Positions 18,500 to 33,517 of a DNA stretch of 64,000 bases are shown one piece after another. The notes under the pieces were generated by a model, which was not told where the DNA came from, did no database searches, and worked only from the letters and a program-made list of their open reading frames with translations. A program made the translations under genes and the position numbers. Where the stretch lies: the NCBI GenBank assembly GCA_963555825.3, contig CAUVXB020000002.1, positions 1,216,001 to 1,280,000 of the forward strand. Reading direction: 5' to 3'. The stretch's first letter is position 1, and the number at the start of each line of letters is the position of its first letter. Source of the stretch: Alphaproteobacteria bacterium (GTDB lineage Bacteria > Pseudomonadota > Alphaproteobacteria > JAAXGF01).

Positions 18500-20035
18500 C
18501 TACGCCAAAGCGAGGAAAATTGCTGCCAGGGCGATCAAACCCGCCCAGAACAAGGGCCTTCCACCGCGCCGACCCGCATTGCCGCCCAGCGCGCGCACCG
18601 TCTCGGGGTGCAGCTTGAGGCCACCCTCGGCGAGGTCGGCGAGCGTCGCCTCGGCGTCCTTGACCAGCTTGGGCAGGCGCTGGACGGTCGCGATGGCCTC
18701 GGCCGTGGCGTCGGCGATGCGCGCTTCGGGGCCCAGATTGTCACGCGCCCAGTCCTCGATCGGCGGCTGGGCGAGCACCCAGATGTTGGCTTCCGGGTCG
18801 AGACGGCGGCTCAAGCCCTCGGCGAGCATCATGGTCTTCTGCAGCAACAGGAGCTGCGGCTGGGTCGCCATCTCGAAGGTCTCGGTGACGCGGAACAGCT
18901 GGCCGAGCAACCGGGCGAGCGAGATCTCGCTCAGCGGCCGGCCCAGGATCGGCTCACCGATCGCGCGGCACGCCTGGACGAAGGCGTCGCGTGACTGGTG
19001 CGCCGGCACGTAGCCGGCCTCGAAATGGACGTCGGCGACGCGGCCGTAGTTTCCAATTAGGAAACCAAGCAGCATTTCGGCCAGATAGCGCCGGGTTTCC
19101 TTGCTCAACCGGCCCATGATGCCGAAATCGACCGCGACGATGTCGCCGTCGGCGTCGACGAACAGGTTGCCCGGGTGCAAATCGGCGTGGAAGAAGCCAT
19201 CGCGGAAGGTCTGGTTGAAGAACGCGCGCGACGCCTTTTCGACGATCGCGCCGAGATCGTGGCCGGCCGCGATCAGCGCCTCGCGCTCGTCGATCGGGAT
19301 GCCCGCGATGCGCTCCAGCGTCAGCACGCGCTCGGCGGTGCGCCGCCAGTCGACAGCGGGCACACGGAAACCGTCGTCGTCGGCGAGGTTTTCAGCGAGT
19401 TCCGAGGCGGCGGCGGCCTCGAGCCGCAGGTCCATCTCGATCGCCACCGAGGCGGCGATCGTGCGCACCACCTCGACCGGCTTGAGGCGGCGCCACGCCG
19501 GCTGGGTGCGCTCGATCAGCTCGGCCAGCCAGTAGATCAGGTCGAGGTCGCGCGCGAAGGCCTGCTCGACGCCAGGGCGCAGCACCTTGACCGCGACCGG
19601 GACGCCCTCGACGGTGGTCGCCAGATGGACCTGGGCGATCGATGCCGCGGCGACGGGATCGTCGTCGAAGCTCTCGTATAGTTCGTCGAGCGGCGCCCCG
19701 AACGCGGCCTCGATCGTCGCGCGCGCTTGGCTCCCCGGGAACGGCGGCAACCGATCCTGCAGGTTGGCGAGGTCGTCGGCCATCGCCGCGCCGATCAGGT
19801 CGGGCCTGGTCGAGAGCGCCTGGCCGAGCTTGATGAAGCTCGGCCCCAGTTCGTTGAGCGCGACCGACAGGCGCTCGCCCGGCCGGCCCGGCACGCCGCG
19901 CCGCGAGACCAGCCGCGCGATCGCCGGAACGAGCGGGCCGAGACCGAGCAGCTCGAGCGGAAACAGTGCGTCGTGGCGCGCCAGGATGCGCGCGATCGCC
20001 AGCAGGCGGGCGAGGTTGCGGAGCGCGCGGATCAT
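18500..20035 (-). CDS. ubiB: Ubiquinone biosynthesis kinase-like protein UbiB
   Basis: LGPSFIKLGQALSTRPD, AAASIAQVH, VAVKVLRP, FFHADLHPGN, DFGIMG, QPQLLLLQKT. Confidence 0.96.
   Translation of the reverse strand: MIRALRNLARLLAIARILARHDALFPLELLGLGPLVPAIARLVSRRGVPGRPGERLSVALNELGPSFIKLGQALSTRPDLIGAAMADDLANLQDRLPPFPGSQARATIEAAFGAPLDELYESFDDDPVAAASIAQVHLATTVEGVPVAVKVLRPGVEQAFARDLDLIYWLAELIERTQPAWRRLKPVEVVRTIAASVAIEMDLRLEAAAASELAENLADDDGFRVPAVDWRRTAERVLTLERIAGIPIDEREALIAAGHDLGAIVEKASRAFFNQTFRDGFFHADLHPGNLFVDADGDIVAVDFGIMGRLSKETRRYLAEMLLGFLIGNYGRVADVHFEAGYVPAHQSRDAFVQACRAIGEPILGRPLSEISLARLLGQLFRVTETFEMATQPQLLLLQKTMMLAEGLSRRLDPEANIWVLAQPPIEDWARDNLGPEARIADATAEAIATVQRLPKLVKDAEATLADLAEGGLKLHPETVRALGGNAGRRGGRPLFWAGLIALAAIFLALA
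19048..19065. promoter_or_regulatory. Intragenic palindromic site (candidate auxiliary operator) inside ubiB
   Basis: agtttccaattaggaaac is the exact reverse complement of 21252-21269. Confidence 0.65.
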
Positions 20036-20040
20036 CGGGT

Positions 20041-20152
20041 TAGGCCCTGTTTTGCGGTCAATCGCCGCGCTTGCTTTCGCCGAACGGTCGGCGGCGCGCA
20101 GTCGCGCGCTGGTAGATTCCGATCAATTGCGATCAGTCGGTACATGCTCTAG
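20041..20152 (-). repeat. Repeat family A, copy 3 (shortened)
   Basis: Reverse complement reads tagagcatgtaccgac...aatctaccagc...gccgaccgttcggcgaaagcaagcgcggcgattgacc. Confidence 0.75.
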
Positions 20153-21216
20153 ATCCGCCACGCCGAATGCAGCGCTGCGACGCCGCCGGTCAGGTTCCGG
20201 TAGCGCACGTTGCCCAGCCCCGCGGACTCGATCAGGGCGGCGAAGTCGTCCTGGGCGGGGAAGCGCCGGATGCTTTCGACGAGGTACTGATAGGCCGCGC
20301 GGTCGCCGGTGACGATCTCGCCGAGCGCCGGCAGCACACGGAAGGAATAGGCATCGTAGAGTGCGCCCAGCGCGGGCAGCGCGACATGGCTGAACTCGAG
20401 GCAGACGAAGCGTCCACCCGGCTTGAGCACGCGCCGAGCCTCGGCCAGTGCACGCTCGATGCGCGTGACGTTGCGGATGCCGAAGGCGATGGTGTAGGCG
20501 TCGGTGCTGGCGTCGGCGAGCGGCAGCGCCTCGGCGTCGCCGCACAGCCAGTCGATGCCGGCGACGATGCCGTCGTCGAGCGCGCGGTCGCGGCCGATCT
20601 CGACCATCGCGCGGTTGATGTCGCAGACCGTGACCCGGGCGCCGGTTCGCGCGCCGCCGGCGCGCGCCAGGATGCGCCGCGCGACGTCGCCGGTACCGCC
20701 CGCGACGTCGACGGTATGGCTGCCGGCGCGTGGCTTGAGCCAGTCGATCATGTCGGCCTTCCACAGCCGATGCACGCCGGCGCTCATCAGGTCGTTCATC
20801 AGGTCGTAGCGCGCGGCCACACTCGAGAAGACCGCGTCGACCAGCCGGCGCTTCTCGCCCGCGCCGACGTCGCGAAAGCCGAAATCGGTGGTGTCGGCCT
20901 GGCGGTCGCCGTCGGCGTGCGGGGCCGGCCCGGGCCGCCGCGTGGGTCTGGCGCGCGACGGCGCCCGGGGCGCAGGCCGATCCGCCGTCTCGGCCACGCT
21001 ATCGGCCGCGCCGCCGGTGCCCGGCGCGTAATCGCCGAGCAGCTCTTCGGCCGGCACGTCGAGCGCCCCGACCAGCTTGGCGATGGTGACGTCGCGCAAA
21101 TGCAGATCGCCGCGCTCGAGTTTCGAGATCGTCGGCTTGCCGAGCCCGACCAAGCGGCCGAGGGCCTCCTGGGTCAGGCCGCGCTCGCGGCGCCAGTGGC
21201 GAATTCTGTTCTGCAT
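20149..21216 (-). CDS. ubiE: XRE/Cro-CI HTH domain fused to ubiquinone/menaquinone C-methyltransferase UbiE
   Basis: N-terminus [43 protein letters not shown], Pro/Arg linker, then [48 protein letters not shown]; GGGGAC before ATG 21216. Confidence 0.9.
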   Translation of the reverse strand: MQNRIRHWRRERGLTQEALGRLVGLGKPTISKLERGDLHLRDVTIAKLVGALDVPAEELLGDYAPGTGGAADSVAETADRPAPRAPSRARPTRRPGPAPHADGDRQADTTDFGFRDVGAGEKRRLVDAVFSSVAARYDLMNDLMSAGVHRLWKADMIDWLKPRAGSHTVDVAGGTGDVARRILARAGGARTGARVTVCDINRAMVEIGRDRALDDGIVAGIDWLCGDAEALPLADASTDAYTIAFGIRNVTRIERALAEARRVLKPGGRFVCLEFSHVALPALGALYDAYSFRVLPALGEIVTGDRAAYQYLVESIRRFPAQDDFAALIESAGLGNVRYRNLTGGVAALHSAWRI

Positions 21217-21251
21217 GTCCCCGCATTCGGGTCGCGGTTGCCGCACCCAAT

Positions 21252-21295
21252 GTTTCCTAATTGGAAACTTTACGCCTTCTCGTGCGATTTTTGAA
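21252..21295 (-). promoter_or_regulatory. Predicted sigma70 promoter of HTH-ubiE overlapped by palindrome GTTTCC-N5-GGAAAC
   Basis: Minus strand TTCAAA (21295-21290)-N17-TAAAGT (21272-21267); palindrome at 21252-21268. Confidence 0.65.
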
Positions 21296-21325
21296 GCGTA
21301 ACGTAGCGAAGCGCGCGGAAGCGCG

Positions 21326-21515
21326 CCAGCCTGGCTTTCTCGCCATTGATATCCGCCGCCCTGAGGGCCGCCCCCCCCCCCCCCCCCCCCCCCACGCCGC
21401 TCGCGGCGTCGAAGACCTTGACCGTAGCCCAGGCTACGCTCTGCGGCCTTCTCCTGGCGGATCGGCGCGGCCCGACGCGATGACGCATCTATCCACGGTG
21501 AGAAGTCCGGGCTAG
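21326..21515. mobile_element. MITE-like element family B, short copy containing a C23 homopolymer
   Basis: Ends cctggctttctcgcc ... ggtgagaagtccggg; right part aligns with 26560-26715. Confidence 0.7.
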
Positions 21516-21526
21516 TCTCTGCCGCC

Positions 21527-22357
21527 ATGCCCGAACTGCCCGAAGTCGAAACCGTGTGCCGCGGCCTTGCGCCGCACCTCGTCGGCCGTCGTTTCACCGC
21601 CGTCGAGCAGCGCACCGAGAAGCTGCGCATACCCCTGCCCGAGCGTTTCGCCGAGCGCTTGACTGGCCGCCGGGTCACCGAGGTCGCGCGACGCGCCAAA
21701 TACATCCTGGTGCACCTCGACAACGGCGCGGTGATGCTCGTTCATCTCGGCATGTCGGGCCGCATGGTCGTCCACGGCGATCCGCCGCCCGCGCCGGCGC
21801 GCCACGACCACGTCGTCTTTCGCACTGACGCGGGCGACACCATCATCTTCAACGACGCGCGCCGCTTCGGCCTGATGACGCTGACCACGGTCAACGAACT
21901 CGACAGCCACCCGCTGCTCGCCGAGCTCGGCGTCGACCCGATCGTCGATGCGGTTTCGGGCGCGGCGCTGGCGGCGCTGCTGAAGGGCAAGAAGACGCCG
22001 ATCAAGGCGGCGCTGCTCGACCAGCGCGTGATCGCCGGCATCGGCAATATCTATGCCAGCGAGATACTGTTCCGCGCCGGCCTGTCGCCGCGGCGTTCGG
22101 CCCACACCGTGGCGGGCGTCCGCGCCCAGCGGTTGGCGCGCGCGATCCCCGCCGTGCTCCACGAGGCGATCGAGGCCGGCGGCACGTCGTTGCGCGATTA
22201 CGTTCAGGCATCGGGCGAGCTCGGCTATTTTCAGCACCGCTTCGCCGTTTACGACCGCGAGGGAAAGCCGTGCCCGGGCTGCGACTGCGCCGGCGGCATC
22301 CGCCGCATCGTCCAGTCGAACCGCTCGACCTTCTACTGTCCCAGGCGTCAACGCTGA
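21527..22357 (+). CDS. mutM: Formamidopyrimidine-DNA glycosylase
   Basis: [39 protein letters not shown]-terminal zinc finger. Confidence 0.97.
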   Translation: MPELPEVETVCRGLAPHLVGRRFTAVEQRTEKLRIPLPERFAERLTGRRVTEVARRAKYILVHLDNGAVMLVHLGMSGRMVVHGDPPPAPARHDHVVFRTDAGDTIIFNDARRFGLMTLTTVNELDSHPLLAELGVDPIVDAVSGAALAALLKGKKTPIKAALLDQRVIAGIGNIYASEILFRAGLSPRRSAHTVAGVRAQRLARAIPAVLHEAIEAGGTSLRDYVQASGELGYFQHRFAVYDREGKPCPGCDCAGGIRRIVQSNRSTFYCPRRQR

Positions 22358-22369
22358 GGAAGAGGCACG

Positions 22370-22726
22370 ATGAACGGGTTGCCAAAGATTTGCTTGTACG
22401 CGTGCTTGGCCATGCTATTAACGGCGCCCGCGCGCGCCGACGGCTTCGTCGGTGGCGCCGAGGACCTGCCGCTGATGGCCGGCCTGACCGAAGACGAAGG
22501 CGCCAACCTGGTCTTCGACAAGCCGGGCGGCCGCATCGTCGAGGCCTGGGCGACCGGCGCGGTGAGCCGCGCGGCGGTCGGCGCATTCTACGCCGAGACG
22601 CTGCCCCAGCTTGGCTGGCAGAGGCTCGACGCGGCGGACTGGACGCGCGAAGGCGAACGATTGCGTATCGACATCACGGGTGGTGACGACGCGCTGACCG
22701 TCCATTTTTCAATCTCGCCCGAATAA
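22370..22726 (+). CDS. Hypothetical exported protein
   Basis: Signal peptide, [30 protein letters not shown]. Confidence 0.75.
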   Translation: MNGLPKICLYACLAMLLTAPARADGFVGGAEDLPLMAGLTEDEGANLVFDKPGGRIVEAWATGAVSRAAVGAFYAETLPQLGWQRLDAADWTREGERLRIDITGGDDALTVHFSISPE

Positions 22727-22757
22727 CACCAAGGCGCAGACCCGAGGGAGCGGCACC

Positions 22758-23531
22758 ATGGCGTACAAGAGAATAATCGTCGAAACACGCGGCCATGTCG
22801 GCCTGATCACACTCAACCGGCCCAAGGCGCTCAACGCGCTCAACGCCGAGCTGATCGGCGAGCTCAATCAGGCGCTCGACGGCTACGAGGCCGACGGCGA
22901 CGTCCGCGCCATCGTCATCACCGGCAGCGAGCGGGCCTTCGCGGCCGGCGCCGACGTCAATGAGATGAGCGACAAGAGCTTCATCGACGTGGTGCGCGAC
23001 GACTTCATCGCGCCCTGGGAACGCGTCACGCGCTGCAGGAAACCGGTGATCGCCGCGGTCGCCGGCTATGCGCTGGGCGGCGGCTGCGAGCTCGCCATGA
23101 TGTGCGACACGATCATCGCCGCCGAGACCGCCAAGTTCGGCCAGCCCGAAATCACGCTGGGCACGATCCCGGGCTCGGGCGGCACCCAGCGGCTGACCCG
23201 CGCGGTCGGCAAGGCAAAGGCGATGGAGATGATCCTGACCGGGCGCATGATGGACGCCGCGGAGGCCGAGCGCGCCGGTCTGGTGAGCCGCGTCGTTCCG
23301 GCCGCCGACGTCGTCGACGAGGCGATCAAGGTTGCCGAGCGCATCGCCGATATGTCGATGCCCACCGTCGCCATGGCCAAGGAGGCGGTCAACCGCGCCT
23401 TCGAACTCGGGCTCGCCGAGGGCGTGCGCTTCGAGCGCCGCCTGTTCCAGTCGACCTTCGCGACCGACGACCGCAAGGAAGGCATGTCCGCCTTCACCGA
23501 AAAACGCCAGGCGTCGTTCACCGACAGCTGA
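22758..23531 (+). CDS. Enoyl-CoA hydratase
   Basis: [36 protein letters not shown]. Confidence 0.94.
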   Translation: MAYKRIIVETRGHVGLITLNRPKALNALNAELIGELNQALDGYEADGDVRAIVITGSERAFAAGADVNEMSDKSFIDVVRDDFIAPWERVTRCRKPVIAAVAGYALGGGCELAMMCDTIIAAETAKFGQPEITLGTIPGSGGTQRLTRAVGKAKAMEMILTGRMMDAAEAERAGLVSRVVPAADVVDEAIKVAERIADMSMPTVAMAKEAVNRAFELGLAEGVRFERRLFQSTFATDDRKEGMSAFTEKRQASFTDS

Positions 23532-23685
23532 TCGAGGGCAGGCGGTACACACGGGTCAGTCTGCCGCAGCACGTCGCAACGGTGATTGACGCGGGCCGCG
23601 CCGGGCGATATAAAGCGCGGCCTCGCGAAAATGGCACGCCGATTCGCGAAACCAACCGTTCAACCGCCTGAGAAACAGAGAACCA

Positions 23686-23946
23686 ATGGCGCATCACAAG
23701 TCAGCGCTGAAGCGCATCCGGCTCACCGCGCGGCAGACCGTCGTCAACCGCGACCGCCGCAATCGCATTCGCACCTTCATGAAGAACGCCGAACTCGCCA
23801 TCGCCGGCGGCGACAAGGACGTGGCGGGCCAGGCGCTCAAGCGCGCGCAGCCCGAAATGATGCGCGGCGTCAGCCGCGGCATCCTCCACCGCAACACGGT
23901 GGCGCGCAGCATCTCGCGCCTCAACGCGCGCATCAAAGCGATGTGA
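23686..23946 (+). CDS. rpsT: 30S ribosomal protein S20
   Basis: [24 protein letters not shown]. Confidence 0.96.
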   Translation: MAHHKSALKRIRLTARQTVVNRDRRNRIRTFMKNAELAIAGGDKDVAGQALKRAQPEMMRGVSRGILHRNTVARSISRLNARIKAM

Positions 23947-23986
23947 CGATGCGCCCGTGCGCCGCATGACGGCGCGTGGCGATCGA

Positions 23987-24015
23987 GGCCGTGCCCATCC
24001 GGGCGCGGCTTTTTT
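23987..24015 (+). terminator. Intrinsic terminator after rpsT
   Basis: ggccgtgccc-atcc-gggcgcggct stem followed by a T run. Confidence 0.7.
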
Positions 24016-24289
24016 GCTGTCTGTGACACAACGGCCACAGATTTTTGCGAGTTCTCATTTCAGTCCTGTTGCCAGCCGCGCGGCACATCATTAATCTAGC
24101 GACTCGCGGCACTGGGGAGCGACGCCGCAAACTCGTAAGACGAACCGTCCGCACTGGATTGTAGGACAGCTGATACACACGTATCGGTTGAACGGGGGAT
24201 TTTTGTCGATGATCGGGACATGCCCCGCGGAGGGTTCGCCGATTTGGCGCGTGGTCGCGGGGTTGGGATGCGGAATAACGAGTGACGCC

Positions 24290-24757
24290 ATGGGGCTCGA
24301 GGACGTGCACGAAGCGGCAGCGAGGCGGGTTGAGGCGGACGCGGGTTACGCCGGTGACGTTACGCCGGACGAGGCGTGGCAGATCCTCAGTGAAGACCCG
24401 GGTGCGGTTCTGATCGACACGCGCACACAGCCCGAATGGGCCTTCGTCGGCATCCCCGACCTGGGTGCGGTCGACAAGCAGCCGGTGCTGGTGCCCTGGC
24501 AGACATTCCCGACTATGGGCGTCAACCCTAACTTTTCCGCCGAACTCGCCAACCGCGGCGTGACCCCCGACCAGACAACGTTGTTCATCTGCCGCTCGGG
24601 CAACCGGAGCGCCGCAGCCGCCATCGCGATGACCGCCAAGGGCTTCGTCCGCTGCTACAACGTCGCCGAGGGCTTCGAGGGGCCGCTCGACGCCGACAAG
24701 CACCGCGGCACGCTTGGCGGCTGGAAGGCGCGCGGCCTTCCCTGGGCGCAGGGCTAG
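24290..24757 (+). CDS. Rhodanese-like sulfurtransferase
   Basis: YAGDVTPDEAW, IDTRTQPEWAFVGIP, CRSGNRS active loop, GWKARGLPWAQ; start uncertain. Confidence 0.88.
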   Translation: MGLEDVHEAAARRVEADAGYAGDVTPDEAWQILSEDPGAVLIDTRTQPEWAFVGIPDLGAVDKQPVLVPWQTFPTMGVNPNFSAELANRGVTPDQTTLFICRSGNRSAAAAIAMTAKGFVRCYNVAEGFEGPLDADKHRGTLGGWKARGLPWAQG

Positions 24758-24761
24758 CCCC

Positions 24762-26168
24762 GTGGCCGCCAAGAAACCCGATGCGCCCGTGACGACCGAC
24801 GAGCAATGGGGCCGCGTGCGCGGTCAGCTGCGCGCCGAATTCGGCGCGGCGGCTTACAACAGCTGGTTGCAACCGCTCAGCCTCGACAGCGTCAGCGACG
24901 GCCGGGTGACGATGCACGCGCCGACGCGCTTCATGCGCGAATGGGTCGTGTCGCGCTACGCCGATCGCATCCGCGCCCTGTGGCGTGGCGAGGACCCAAA
25001 GATCAACGCCATCGACATCGCCGTCAAAGCCAAGGGCGCGGTCGCGGTCGCACGCGACGAGACGCCGGTGGCGCCGGTGGCGCCGGCCGCGTGGGCCGGC
25101 TCGGACGCCGCCAAGGGTCAAGCACCCGCGGTCGAACGCAACTTCACCGGCGCCCTCGACCTGCGTTACAACTTCGACAACTTCGTCGTCGGCAAGTCGA
25201 ACGAGTTCGCCCACGCCGCCGCCCAACGCGTCGCCAACGCCGACGAGGTGCCGTTCAATCCGCTGTTCATTTACGGCGGCGTCGGCCTGGGCAAGACCCA
25301 TCTGATGCACGGCATCGCCTGGGAGATCCGGCGCCGCGATCCAACGCGTCGGGTCATCTATCTTTCTGCCGAAAAGTTCATGTACCAGTTCATTCGGGCG
25401 CTGCGCTTCAAGGACACGATGGCGTTCAAGGAGCAGTTCCGCTCGGTCGACGTGCTGTTGATCGACGATGTCCAGTTCATTTCGGGCAAGGGCTCGACCC
25501 AGGAAGAATTCTTCCATACCTTCAACGCGCTGGTCGACCAGAACCGCCAGCTGGTGATCACCGGCGACCGCTCGCCATCGGGCCTCGACGGCATGGAGGA
25601 GCGGCTGCGCTCCAGGCTCGGCTGCGGTCTGGTCGCCGACATCCACCCGACCGATTACGAGCTGCGCCTCGGCATTCTCGAGTCCAAGCTCGAGCAGCTC
25701 GGCGCGCAGACCACGCCACGGCGCGTGCTCGAATTCCTGGCGCACCGTATCACCTCGAACATTCGCGAACTCGAAGGCGCGCTCAACCGCGTCGTCGCGC
25801 ATGCCACGCTGGTCGGCCGCCCGGTGACGCTCGAGACGACCCAAGAGCTGTTGCAGGACCTGCTGCGCGCCAACGATCGGCGCATTTCGATCGAGGAGAT
25901 CCAAAAGCGCGTCGCCGAACACTTCAACATCCGCGTCTCCGACATGCACTCGGCGCGCCGCGCGCGCGCCGTCGCGCGGCCGCGCCAGGTGGCGATGTAC
26001 CTGGCCAAGCAGCTGACCTCGCGCAGCCTGCCCGAGATCGGCCGCAAGTTCGGCGGCCGCGACCACACCACCGTGATGCACGCGGTCAAGAAGGTCGAGC
26101 AGCTGTCCAAATCGGACGCCGGGTTCGCCGAGGACGTCGAGCTTCTCAGGCGCATGATCGAGAGCTGA
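24762..26168 (+). CDS. dnaA: Chromosomal replication initiator DnaA
   Basis: YNFDNFVVGKSN, NPLFIYGGVGLGKTHL, DDVQF, QEEFFHTFN, FGGRDHTTVMHA. Confidence 0.98.
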   Translation: MAAKKPDAPVTTDEQWGRVRGQLRAEFGAAAYNSWLQPLSLDSVSDGRVTMHAPTRFMREWVVSRYADRIRALWRGEDPKINAIDIAVKAKGAVAVARDETPVAPVAPAAWAGSDAAKGQAPAVERNFTGALDLRYNFDNFVVGKSNEFAHAAAQRVANADEVPFNPLFIYGGVGLGKTHLMHGIAWEIRRRDPTRRVIYLSAEKFMYQFIRALRFKDTMAFKEQFRSVDVLLIDDVQFISGKGSTQEEFFHTFNALVDQNRQLVITGDRSPSGLDGMEERLRSRLGCGLVADIHPTDYELRLGILESKLEQLGAQTTPRRVLEFLAHRITSNIRELEGALNRVVAHATLVGRPVTLETTQELLQDLLRANDRRISIEEIQKRVAEHFNIRVSDMHSARRARAVARPRQVAMYLAKQLTSRSLPEIGRKFGGRDHTTVMHAVKKVEQLSKSDAGFAEDVELLRRMIES

Positions 26169-26174
26169 AGCGGT

Positions 26175-26715
26175 CTAGCCCGGCTTTCTCACCAAGGACA
26201 GGTGCGGCACGGCGGATATCGGCCGACAGGCTAGGAAAGGCGTGCCGCGCGATGCCAGTACTCCCTTGCACGATTCGACGGCACGTAGGATCGCGTTTCC
26301 CGTTTCCTCGGCAGTCGGGGGCGTGACGGCGATGCCTTGGCATCGCAGAGCGTTCCCGACGCCCCGAGGGGGCGGGAAACGCGACCCGCAGGGCGGCCTT
26401 GCGCGGCCGCCGGCGGCGTTGCCCGGCGCTTGTGATGCGCCCAGCATCACGGCGCGCCGGGCGCCTTGCCGGACGACCGCGCAAGGCCGTCCTACGTACC
26501 GTGGCATCGTGCAAGTGAGTACTCGCGCATCGGGCAAGCGCTTTGACGCCGCCTGTCGTCCGAGATCCACCGCCCTTAAGGGTCGCGCCGGGCGGGGCGG
26601 GCGCGGCGTCGAAGGCCTTGACCATGACCCGGGCCACGCTCCGCGGCCTTCTTCTGGCGGATCGGCTCCGCCCGACGCGATGACGCGCCTGTCCATGGTG
26701 AGAAATCCGGGTTAG
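26175..26715. mobile_element. MITE-like element family B, long copy with nested inverted repeats
   Basis: About 32-bp terminal IR (ctagcccggctttctcaccaaggacaggtgcg / cgcgcctgtccatggtgagaaatccgggttag) and inner IR at 26258-26290 / 26490-26522. Confidence 0.75.
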
Positions 26716-26883
26716 CCGTCGGGTCGTCGAAGCGCCAAATCTTGTGCTGATTTCCGGTATCCTCTGATATACTAAGCCGCTGGCACGGTATGCGTTGAAC
26801 GATCCTTCCCGTCCGCCCTTCCAGCATCGTTGAAACCGTGTTGCCGCCGCACCGGCGGCACAAACATATAAGTCCTTGCAGAG

Positions 26884-27999
26884 ATGAAACTGACGATCGA
26901 ACGCGCCGTACTCATGAAGTCGCTGGGCCATGTCCAGAATGTCGTCGAACGGCGGACGACCATCCCAATTCTGTCGAATGTGCGCATGGACGCGGGTGAC
27001 GGCTTTCTCGGTCTGACCGCGACCGATATGGATATCTCGTTCAACGAGAAAGTCGCCGCCGAGGTCGGCACCGGCGGTGTCACCACCGCGTCGGCCCACA
27101 TGCTTTACGACATCGTGCGCAAGCTGCCCGACGGCGCCCAGGTCGACCTCGAGATTGGCGACGGCGACCAGCTCTCGTTGACCTCGGGACATTCGCGGTT
27201 TTCTTTGCCGCTGCTTGCGGCGGAGGAGTTTCCGGTGATGACCGAGGGCGAGCTGGCGCACCACTTCTCGCTGCCGGCCGCGAACCTGCGCCGGCTCATC
27301 GACAAGACCCGATTCGCGATCTCGACCGAGGAGACGCGCTACTACCTCAACGGCATCTATCTGCACGCCGCCAAGGGCGACGACGGCCCGGTGCTGCGCG
27401 CCGTGGCGACCGACGGCCACCGGCTGTCGCGCGTCGATGCGCCGTTGCCCGACGGCGCGGCCGACATGCCCGGCGTGATCGTGCCGCGCAAGACCGTGAA
27501 CGAGTTGCGCAAGCTGATCGACGAGGTCGAGGACGAGATTTCGGTCTCGGTCTCGGACGCCAAGATACGCTTCTCCTTCGGCGACGTCGTGCTGCTCTCA
27601 AAGCTGATCGACGGCAGCTTCCCCGATTACGAGCGTGTCATCCCGAGCGAGAACGACAAGACCGTGCAGATCAACGGCAAGGCGCTGTCCGAGGCGGTCG
27701 ACCGCGTGGCGACGATCTCGACCGACAAGACGCGCTCGGTCAAGCTGGCGCTCGACAGGAACCGGCTCGTGATCTCGGCCAACAGTCCAGAATCGGGCAG
27801 CGCGAGCGAGGACTTGGAGGTCGAGTACGACGGTCCCGAGCTGCAGATCGGCTTCAACTCGCGCTATTTGCTCGACGTCACCGAGCGAATCGACGGCGAC
27901 ACGGTCCACTTCGTCATGGCCGATTCGGTCTCGCCGACCATCCTGCGCGACTCGGGCGATTCGGTAGCGCTCTACGTCCTGATGCCGATGCGGGTGTGA
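26884..27999 (+). CDS. dnaN: DNA polymerase III beta clamp
   Basis: VVERRTTIPILSNV, STEETRYYLNG, ATDGHRL, LIDGSFPDYERVIP, VLMPMRV. Confidence 0.98.
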   Translation: MKLTIERAVLMKSLGHVQNVVERRTTIPILSNVRMDAGDGFLGLTATDMDISFNEKVAAEVGTGGVTTASAHMLYDIVRKLPDGAQVDLEIGDGDQLSLTSGHSRFSLPLLAAEEFPVMTEGELAHHFSLPAANLRRLIDKTRFAISTEETRYYLNGIYLHAAKGDDGPVLRAVATDGHRLSRVDAPLPDGAADMPGVIVPRKTVNELRKLIDEVEDEISVSVSDAKIRFSFGDVVLLSKLIDGSFPDYERVIPSENDKTVQINGKALSEAVDRVATISTDKTRSVKLALDRNRLVISANSPESGSASEDLEVEYDGPELQIGFNSRYLLDVTERIDGDTVHFVMADSVSPTILRDSGDSVALYVLMPMRV

Positions 28000-28063
28000 G
28001 GGAACGACGCTGAGCACACCAGCGCCTGTCGCGATCGAAGCCGAAACGCCAACGACAACCGCG

Positions 28064-31631
<3,568 letters not shown>

Positions 31632-31663
31632 GCGGCGCGGTGCGGCGCGGCGATCAGCTGTAG

Positions 31664-33500
<1,837 letters not shown>

Positions 33501-33517
<17 letters not shown>

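Noticed and set aside
21217-21723. N-terminal extension of the 524-aa ORF (poly-Gly) as part of HTH-UbiE
   Set aside because: It runs through the MITE, the poly-C tract and antisense mutM. The ATG at 21216 has an RBS and a promoter just upstream.
23950-26880. Replication origin (oriC) near dnaA
   Set aside because: No cluster of TTATCCACA/TGATCCACA boxes or AT-rich unwinding element seen, only an isolated near-match. Alphaproteobacterial origins are often unlinked to dnaA.
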